Positions 20,010 to 28,100 of a stretch of 64,000 bases of DNA are shown in pieces. The position numbers and the translations under genes were made by a program. The notes beneath the pieces were generated by a model. The model did not search any database, was not told the origin of the DNA, and saw nothing but the letters and a program-made list of their open reading frames with translations. Within the stretch, counting starts at the first letter, position 1; the number at the start of each line of letters is the position of its first letter. Source of the DNA: a virus (Duplodnaviria; Caudoviricetes); IMG/VR virus record IMGVR_UViG_3300025674_000014; one strand, 5' to 3'.

Positions 20010-20751
20010 CTAACAATTCTTGTACTAAGATTTCCTCTGCATTCCCTTTTCTTTCTGTACCAGTTTCGCTAATTGCTTTTCCTATCATTTTATCATATTT
20101 ACCTTTTCTGTGATGTAACAATACCTTTTGTCCAGGTGTTATGTTAACATCAATACCCATATCAATAAAAGCTTCTACCTTTTCATTATTAACTTCAACA
20201 TTTACACCATAACCATTCATTACAAAAATATAACCTTCTTGAGGTAAAATAGGTTCTGGTGCAGCTGCTTCAACAGTTTGAGGTACACATGATGCACATG
20301 GCTGATAAGTCGGTGTTACTACTGGTGTGCAACAAGTTGGACTAGTCATCTTAACTGTTTCATAAAAATCAATTTGACAAGATTGACTACAAGTTGGTAA
20401 AGGTGTACTATAGCACGTTGTCGGTGATGGAGGTGTACATACCGGGCTTGGATCGCATTGAGCTAAAGGCTGTACGCAATTAGTACAGCAAACGGTGGTT
20501 TGAATAGGACGATAAGCATGATTGTGTTTTTCAGGCTTAGTAAAGTTTTTACTATATGGTGACACCTTATAACCATTACATGTGTTACTACCACAGCAAA
20601 CATTAGCAGTAGAACAGCTAGATTTTAGAACATTTTGAGGTTCTATGCAATAAACAGGAGCAGCAGAAGGAGTAGGTGAAGGAGTACAACATGAAATATA
20701 CCTACTTTTGCTTTTATTTCTTCTGAAAAAACGAGATAGCCATTTAAACAT
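20002..20751 (-). CDS. Cys/Thr/Pro-rich late protein
   Basis: 19 Cys in the N-terminal two-thirds; start MFKWLSRFFRR at 20751 with TTAAATA 8 nt upstream. Confidence 0.65.
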   Translation of the reverse strand: MFKWLSRFFRRNKSKSRYISCCTPSPTPSAAPVYCIEPQNVLKSSCSTANVCCGSNTCNGYKVSPYSKNFTKPEKHNHAYRPIQTTVCCTNCVQPLAQCDPSPVCTPPSPTTCYSTPLPTCSQSCQIDFYETVKMTSPTCCTPVVTPTYQPCASCVPQTVEAAAPEPILPQEGYIFVMNGYGVNVEVNNEKVEAFIDMGIDVNITPGQKVLLHHRKGKYDKMIGKAISETGTERKGNAEEILVQELLDV

Positions 20752-20784
20752 AACGAGCATATTTAAATGGCTGTATTTTAAAAA

Positions 20785-21066
20785 TCAAGATATATTAGTA
20801 ATAATACCATTAGTAATAGTTAATGTAATGGTACTATCATCAGGTGCTTTTACTTCTAATGATTGAGTAGAACCTCTTAAATCATTAATAATAAACTCGT
20901 CAGCACTTAAAGAAATAACACTAAGGTTAGAATAACCAGTACTTAATGTTTCTATACCTGATGTTGAATTGTATGTAGAATCAATAAGGCTACCAAACTG
21001 TTCAGCTGTAGGAACATCCCCAGTTTCGAAGTAACCTTTTAATGTGCTTATACTTTCTCTTGACAT
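20785..21066 (-). CDS. Small fibre-associated-like protein
   Basis: TLKGYFETGDVPTAEQFGSLIDS motif seen at the N-termini of some fibre proteins; AATAAATA 5 nt upstream. Confidence 0.5.
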   Translation of the reverse strand: MSRESISTLKGYFETGDVPTAEQFGSLIDSTYNSTSGIETLSTGYSNLSVISLSADEFIINDLRGSTQSLEVKAPDDSTITLTITNGIITNIS

Positions 21067-21078
21067 ACTAATATTTAT

Positions 21079-21285
21079 TTAGCAGCAACAGCAGCAACTG
21101 TATGTTGCTCTTCCTGCAGTACTAGGGCAAGATGTAGCAGCACTACAAGTAGTGCAAGTCGTACAAGTCGTACCACAACAACAAGCAGCACCGCAGTTGT
21201 TAGGGTAAGTAGTTGATTCTTTTTTAGGTTTTTGGCTACTATATGATTCGCCACCGCAACAAGAGGAGTAATTACAATCGCTCAT
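21079..21285 (-). CDS. Cys-rich micro-protein (16 Cys in 68 aa)
   Basis: CC, CCC, CTTCTTC and terminal CCCCC; own AATAAATA 7 nt upstream; fills the intergenic gap exactly. Confidence 0.7.
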   Translation of the reverse strand: MSDCNYSSCCGGESYSSQKPKKESTTYPNNCGAACCCGTTCTTCTTCSAATSCPSTAGRATYSCCCCC

Positions 21286-21295
21286 ATATATCTAT

Positions 21296-23071
21296 TTATT
21301 GAACCGGGGCTGGTTCTGCGGCAGGAGCGGCACCTCCTTCAGGCGGAACTTCGCCTCCAGTTACATCAGGCCCGCCTCCTTCTGGTGGAGGACCAAAATC
21401 AGGGGGTAGGCCTGAACCGCCACCTGCGGGTATTGCACCTCCACCAGCTTCCATTCCTTCTCCCCCTTCGGCTCCACCAGAGGCAATAGCCTCTCTCCAA
21501 TTAGGACCACTAGCTTCAATCTGAGCTAATTCCCAAGTGAGTTCTTTGTCCTTGCGTAAAAATTCTCTATTAGCTTTAACTTCAATATCAGACCAACCTA
21601 AGTACTTCTTCTGAGCCCAAGTATTAGAAACAAACTCACTATTAGTTAAACTTGACCAGTTATTAACTTTAAGCTCAAGCTTTTGCTGCTCTCGCATTTC
21701 AAAGAAGTTAGAAGGTACATTAAACTCTAAATCTAAATTTAGTTCTTTTAGATTATATTTCTCCCATATCTTCTTAAGTTTAAGATGAGTTATAAAGCCA
21801 TTCTTTAATCCTGCAGCAAACTGCATTTGCATACGAATAATAAAACGAGCAAACTTAAGTTCTTCTCTTAATATATCTGTACCATCCTGAAATGATTGCT
21901 CAGGGTTTAATCTAGTTACAGGTACTTTAAGTGACTTATATAACTTCTTCATGAAGTACATTAAGTCTTCCAACTCACCTAAATTCTGACCACCAGCTAA
22001 AGTTGTAACACTTGTACCTTCACTACCTGCTCTCTTTGCAAACCAAAAAGAGTCTAGCATTGACTGAGGTGAAAATTTCATTACCTGACCACTACTATCA
22101 GTATCATATGTATGTCTACTCCAATATTTTTGCTGAAGGTTTCTTAGATAACCTTCTGCTTTAGGAGGTGACATATTACCTACATCTACATTGAATACTA
22201 ACTTCTCAGGTGCTCTTACTAATCTATATATAACAATTGCATCTTCAATGAGAGATAACTGTCTATAAGCTCTTCTAGCATTCTCTAAGTAAGGTAATCT
22301 AATTGTCTTATTATCATTCCAGATACCAGAGTTAACATATGTAACCTGATTTTTGTCCATTGGAATGAGTTGCATGTCCTCAATCTTAGTAGGATTCTCT
22401 TCATTAAAGACAGGTTTTCTTAAAAGATAACCTTGAACAATACTATTTTGAATATTACCAAAAATTGGATCGATGAGTTCGGTGGGAATTTGTACTGTAC
22501 CTAAAATACCTTCTTTTGGGTGATCTTTATGAATAATATGTTCCCAATAAACTTCACCCTCTACAAGTAATTGTCTAAAATATTCCCAACCTTTATGCTC
22601 TAAATCAAAGTAACTAATGAACTTCTGAAATTCATCTTCTAATTGCTTTTGTTCATTAGGTTTAAACTCTCTATGTAAAAATTTTAATTTTACAATCTCA
22701 CCGTTAGCATCTTTGTTTATAATCTCATCACAAATTTCATCTAATGCATCTCCAACTTCAGCAAATGCTGCCATTACTCTATAATCACGAATTCTTGCTG
22801 CTTTATCTTGCTGAATATTCGCATACATGAACTCCTGAAAGCCCTTGTCCATTGCGATATCACCAACAGCTGAATTATTAATAGGTGTAGATGATGAAAT
22901 AGATTGACGCTGTAATGCGTCTTCACGACGACTACCTTCGCCTTGAAATAGCTTATACTTAGGGTTTACGTCATTTAACGTTTCGATAGTTTGATAAGAC
23001 TGATAAGGAAGTCTGCTTTGTACATACTTCATTAACGAACGTCCAAATGTATTTTTATTTCCTGTACCCAT
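21296..23071 (-). CDS. Portal protein, T4 gp20-like
   Basis: RQLSLIEDAIVIYRLVRAPEKLVFNVDVGNMSPPKAEGY, SMLDSFW, TTLAGGQNLGELEDLMYF, ILREELKFARFI. Confidence 0.97.
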   Translation of the reverse strand: MGTGNKNTFGRSLMKYVQSRLPYQSYQTIETLNDVNPKYKLFQGEGSRREDALQRQSISSSTPINNSAVGDIAMDKGFQEFMYANIQQDKAARIRDYRVMAAFAEVGDALDEICDEIINKDANGEIVKLKFLHREFKPNEQKQLEDEFQKFISYFDLEHKGWEYFRQLLVEGEVYWEHIIHKDHPKEGILGTVQIPTELIDPIFGNIQNSIVQGYLLRKPVFNEENPTKIEDMQLIPMDKNQVTYVNSGIWNDNKTIRLPYLENARRAYRQLSLIEDAIVIYRLVRAPEKLVFNVDVGNMSPPKAEGYLRNLQQKYWSRHTYDTDSSGQVMKFSPQSMLDSFWFAKRAGSEGTSVTTLAGGQNLGELEDLMYFMKKLYKSLKVPVTRLNPEQSFQDGTDILREELKFARFIIRMQMQFAAGLKNGFITHLKLKKIWEKYNLKELNLDLEFNVPSNFFEMREQQKLELKVNNWSSLTNSEFVSNTWAQKKYLGWSDIEVKANREFLRKDKELTWELAQIEASGPNWREAIASGGAEGGEGMEAGGGAIPAGGGSGLPPDFGPPPEGGGPDVTGGEVPPEGGAAPAAEPAPVQ

Positions 23072-23075
23072 TATA

Positions 23076-23792
23076 TTAGCATGATTGTGAACTTGACCTA
23101 GATAATGTTATACTCTTGGTTCTTGTTCTTGTAATTGTACTTGTTCTTGTTTGTGATTTAGTAACTGAAGGGGTAATACAAGATGTAGGTCGAGTACATG
23201 AATTAGTTCTAGTTACTGTATTAGTAGGGGTTTTTGTTCTTGTGCCTGTCGGTGTTGGTGTAGCATAATAGCTAACAGTTGGTGAAATTGATTTTGTTAA
23301 TGTTGGTGTAGGTGTTTGTGTTCTTGTTCTGGTTTGTGTTGGTGTTTGAGATCTTGTTCTAGTAGTTGTAGCTGATTGAGTAATAGTAGCAGTTGGTAAA
23401 GGTGTTGCACTTGGTGTCTCTGTTCTTGTTCTTGTAATAGTAGGTGTTTGAGATCTTGTTGCAGTACTTGTAGCACATTGTGTACCGGTTCTTGTTCTGG
23501 TAGTTGAATTAGTACATGTTATGGTAGGCGTAACTAATGGCGTACCAGTTCTTGTTCTTGTCTGAGTTGGTGTGCTTGTACCGGTTTGTGTAGATGTTCT
23601 TGAAAACGTATATGTAGGGGTATAAGTTTGTGAATTTGTCCTGGTTGTCGTAGGAGAAGGTGTATTACAAACTGTTGGGCTGCAAGTTACAGCTGGTATA
23701 CCATGCACATTGGCCTGAGCCCAATTAGAAGCTCTCTGAGGACCACCGTTAGCTTGTCTTATTAAATCTCTAAATGTAGGTATACCTGCCAC
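23076..23792 (-). CDS. Thr/Arg-rich low-complexity (mucin-like) protein
   Basis: Near-continuous TRTRTQTPT-type repeats after a roughly 35 aa head; CATAAATA 5 nt before the GTG. Confidence 0.7.
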   Translation of the reverse strand: MAGIPTFRDLIRQANGGPQRASNWAQANVHGIPAVTCSPTVCNTPSPTTTRTNSQTYTPTYTFSRTSTQTGTSTPTQTRTRTGTPLVTPTITCTNSTTRTRTGTQCATSTATRSQTPTITRTRTETPSATPLPTATITQSATTTRTRSQTPTQTRTRTQTPTPTLTKSISPTVSYYATPTPTGTRTKTPTNTVTRTNSCTRPTSCITPSVTKSQTRTSTITRTRTKSITLSRSSSQSC

Positions 23793-23797
23793 GATAA

Positions 23798-23805
23798 TAT
23801 TTATG
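23798..23805 (-). promoter_or_regulatory. Late promoter CATAAATA
   Basis: 5 nt before GTG 23792; would also drive the portal gene. Confidence 0.65.
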
Positions 23806-23813
23806 CTTATATG

Positions 23814-25175
23814 TTAAGGGTCAAATGAAGTAGTTGCAGGAAAACCAGTAGAACCTGCTTGCCAATACATTTTACCACCTATCATAGCAGTTAATGCTGA
23901 TTGTCTACTACTAATTACTTGCATATCATAACCTTTATAACCTATATCTATTTCATCTCCTTTATAAGCTGATAAATTAAACATATTAGCTACATTTGTT
24001 ATTTTATTAGCAACCCCTATAGTTCCATTACCTGCAAAATTAAGACCTATAACTTTCCATGCAGATAATGCGGGATTAGTAGAATTAAACAATGCACATA
24101 CAAAAGAACCTGAATCACCTCCTGAAGATGGAGATAAACTAGATGAATTACCTCTAAAAAATATTTGATCTTCAAATCCTAACGTCCCTACATTACCACC
24201 ATAGCTAACATTAGCTCCACCAATACTATAAGCACTTAACCTACAAGTAAAACCATAAGGATCACTACCAGGCCAACCTACAGGACCCTCAGTTCTACCA
24301 GATCTAAATACAGGAGCACCTAACTCGGTGGTTAATAATGAATTTATTTCTGAATCAGTAGCCCAATCCATAGGCTGACTTATATCTAATTGATATTGCT
24401 GCCAGTTAGTAGATGAACCCGATAAATTAAGAGTATGTGTACCAGATAATGCAAATGAACAAACATCAACTCTATTACCAGAAGATTTAAAAGGGTAAGC
24501 TTTTTTAACAGTACCCACAGTTAAAGGTTGCATTAACGATTGTGTAACTGTAAATTTATCATACGTAGATCTTTGATATACCGGGTATCTGTCATCACCA
24601 GGTGAAGAAGTCGTATCGTTAACTGAAAGATATGTCCAAAAAGTTAAACCACTATCGTTAGTAAAAGCTCCTCCTAAATCACCAGCTAAAGTATTTTTAC
24701 TTAAAACGTGATTGTTACTAACTCCTACAATAGTGTAATCTTCTAAATCAACAGCTAACCCACCCAATGTACCGGTATCAACTGAACTTCCTCCCCAGCC
24801 ATCCGGAGGTACAGTACCAACTGATATACCACCTACTAATGGTCTATGTTCTACTCTACTACCACTAACAGGCATTAACCAAGTACTTTGAGGAGTAGAT
24901 GGATCTGGTAAAGTATAACACCCGGTTGCTGATAAAGAAGGTACTTCCACAACATCCGTTGCATAAGTTACACCATCTACTTCAACTGAAGATGGAAATA
25001 AATCCTCTTGAGGTATATCACTTAAAGGTAACTTCTTTTCAACAAATAAAGTTAAACAAGGCTGTTGGGTTTCAACACCTTGAACTTCTTTTTTTGAAAC
25101 AACAACACCATTCCAGTTGACGTTAGAATCAAAAAGTTGATTTGCTTTTATAGTTAAATTATCAATATTACTCAT
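23814..25175 (-). CDS. Trypsin-fold serine protease (Nal1-like architecture)
   Basis: GTLGG...SNNHVL (His), NRVDVC (Asp), FRSGRTEG, GGDSGS (Ser), VIGLNFAG; N-terminal pro-domain LFVEKKLP...TDVVEV. Confidence 0.8.
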   Translation of the reverse strand: MSNIDNLTIKANQLFDSNVNWNGVVVSKKEVQGVETQQPCLTLFVEKKLPLSDIPQEDLFPSSVEVDGVTYATDVVEVPSLSATGCYTLPDPSTPQSTWLMPVSGSRVEHRPLVGGISVGTVPPDGWGGSSVDTGTLGGLAVDLEDYTIVGVSNNHVLSKNTLAGDLGGAFTNDSGLTFWTYLSVNDTTSSPGDDRYPVYQRSTYDKFTVTQSLMQPLTVGTVKKAYPFKSSGNRVDVCSFALSGTHTLNLSGSSTNWQQYQLDISQPMDWATDSEINSLLTTELGAPVFRSGRTEGPVGWPGSDPYGFTCRLSAYSIGGANVSYGGNVGTLGFEDQIFFRGNSSSLSPSSGGDSGSFVCALFNSTNPALSAWKVIGLNFAGNGTIGVANKITNVANMFNLSAYKGDEIDIGYKGYDMQVISSRQSALTAMIGGKMYWQAGSTGFPATTSFDP

Positions 25176-28100
25176 CGTAGTATCTTACATAAATCTGATT
25201 AGCATGTGATGTAGGTGTCTTAGTTTTAGTAGGGGTTTGAGTTGCAGTTCTTGTAGGTGTTACCGTTGGTGTAGGAGTTAGAGTACCTGACTGAGTAGCA
25301 GTCCTGGTTTGAGTAGGGGTAGGTGTAACAGGTACGGTTGGTCTAGAATTTTTATAGGGGTGATTAGAAGGTAAACTAGAAACTAAACCCCACTTCCAAG
25401 CAAGATACCCCTCTGCTTTTTCAATAGTAGAAATATCAGTACCCGATGTACCAGGTAATTGACCAGCAGCAAAAAATTCAGCTAATCTACCATCTAGTTC
25501 CTGTGATGCTCTATTACGGAATAACCTAAGCTGTTGATTAGTTGAAATGCTATTTGTATAATCATTAACCGGGGTAAATGCATTAGAACCATTAACTCTA
25601 ACTGAAATTTGATTACCTGTTTTATTAAAATTAGATGCAATTATAGTATAATTATATCTAGTAACGCTTTGTAAATTCCATGATTGCAAGTTACCTATAG
25701 TATTAGAAATTCTACCAGAACTTAATCCATCTAAGTCTAATTCACCTGGCCAAGTATTAGAACTGCTAGCAGAACTTATTGCATAATCTCGTTTTGGTGA
25801 TTGATTTGTTTCGTAGGACCAGAAAGAATCTTGTGAATTATTAGTTGTATCGTATCTAAATACCCCTATAGCCCAATGGTTACCAGACGAAACCTGGCTA
25901 CTATAACCAGTACTTTGTAGGTACTCATTACTACCATTAAATGTAAATACATTAAGACTATTCTGGTTGTTAGTAGTAGTTGGTGTACCTCCTACCGTCA
26001 TTGTGTAAGTACCGGCTTTATCCGTTACAGACGTTAAAATACCTCCCGAGCTAGACCAACTTGATGTATCACTTGCATCAATCCAAGATACTAAATTACT
26101 TAAATCATCGGGCGCCCAATTAGCTCCAACTGTAGTGGGGGTAGGGGTTTGCGTACCTGTTCTAGTTTGGGTCGGTGTTTGGGTTTTAGTATTGGTTCTA
26201 GTTTGGGTGGGGGTCTGAGATCTAGTTTGAGTGTTTGTTCGTGAAGGTGTTTTAGTTTGAGTAGCTGCTGGTGTACCTGTACTGGTACTAGTGGGGGTAG
26301 GGGTTTGTGTACCTGTTCTAGTTTGAGTTTTAGTTCTGGTAGGTGTTACAGCAGGAGATGTAAAGTATATATTACCATTTCTAAACGTACCGTAATACCA
26401 AGTAGAAGAAGGAGCAAATTGTATTCTAAAAGTATCTCCCGTATAACCGTTATAAGAGTAACTAACAACAGATTTTATACTACTATCTAAGTAAACATAC
26501 ATTGTATCAAACGCAGGCCCACCAGTTAAATCTGTATCAAATTCAAAAACATCACCAGCAGAAGATTGGAAAGTAACCCCATTAGCACTTGGATGTGGAG
26601 CTGAACCGGTACCGGTTAAACTATTATTAAATGTACGTAAAGGTGTTTGGGTATTTGTTACTGTATTAGTTGGTGTGGTGGTTGGTGTTTGGGTTGTCGT
26701 TGGTGTTTGAGTTCTACTTCTGGTATTAGTAGGTGAAGGAGTTCTAGTTGATGTTTTAGTTGAGGTGCTTGTTGGTGATTGTGTAGGGGTAGGTGTGGTA
26801 GTTGGTGTCTGAGATGCGGTCCTTGTATTAGTAGGGGTAGGTGTTAACCCTGGTGTATTAGATGAAGTTTGTGTTGGTGTCTGTGTATTTGTATTTGTAG
26901 GTGTAGGTGATTGACTATTTGTTCTAGTTTGGGTAGGTGTTTGGGTTCTACTTCTAGTATTAGTGGGTGTTCTAGTAGCAGTAACACCTGGTGTATCAGT
27001 CGAACTTGGAGTCCTGGTAACTGTAGGTGTTACTGTAGGACTAACAGATGCTGTTGGTGTGTTGGTAGAAGTTGAAGTATTTGTAGGGGTAATAGTTGGT
27101 GTATTTGTTCTTGTTCTAGATTGTGTTGTAGTTCTTGTATTAGTAGGAGTTGGGGTAATAGGACCTAAACTAAATCTAGGACGTAAAACGTTATAAGTTG
27201 AAACTATACTATCTTGGCTTAAAGCTATACCGGAATATGTTTTAATAATAGCTATATCAGCATCTAAATTAGAGTTATTACCTGAAAACCATTTCATTGG
27301 TGTGCTATTAGTAATAATACCAGAAGGTCTATTAGCTTCTGATATTGCTCTTATAGCACCATCAACATAAATTCTTAGTTTTGTAGAATCAGCTACAAAT
27401 GCAACTTGATGCCAGCTATTATCATTATAAGTTAAACTCGTTCTAGCAAAAATTTCATTACCGTCATTGTCTTTTTCCCAAAAGTCTAATTTACCTGCAT
27501 TAACAGTGTCTCCTGAGCCTCTAACACCCATCATGAAATAACAAACATTAGCTTGATTATTATAATCGGTTACTATAGGCACTGTATATGAAGATGCTGA
27601 AGAACTTATGTTTGATCTAACTCTAATCCAAAATATAAAAGTATAAGGGTATCTATTTTGTATAGGACCAGCTTCGGTTCTAGGAATTGCAGTATTTTTA
27701 GCTAATTGATAACCACAAACCATACAATCTGTAGATCCATTTAAACAAAAATGATTTGACGGTCCAAAGTATGTCACATATTGAGGGGAACCACAAATGT
27801 ATAAATCATTATTTCTTCTTACATCACAAAATATATTACCGGAACCAGGGTAACTGTAAATGTTAGAAGCATCTACTTGCATAGTTAAATGACAGCAAGA
27901 ATAAGAAGCTTGAGTAGAAGTTCTTGTTTTAGTTGGGGTTGCTGTATAGGTGTTAGATGCAGTTCTAGTTGGGGTTGCAGTGGTAGCATTTCTAGTACGA
28001 GTACAAGTAGGTGTAGCTGTTGTAGCCATCCTAGTTGGTGTATAAGAAATTGTCGCAGTCTGTGAAGGTGTAAACGTTGGTGTTCTTGTTTGAGTTCTAG

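Noticed and set aside
21079-23792. Ice-binding protein idea from TCT and TxT motifs
   Set aside because: No regular 12-residue Cys-Thr periodicity as in beetle antifreeze proteins; the tracts are Pro/Arg-rich and look disordered
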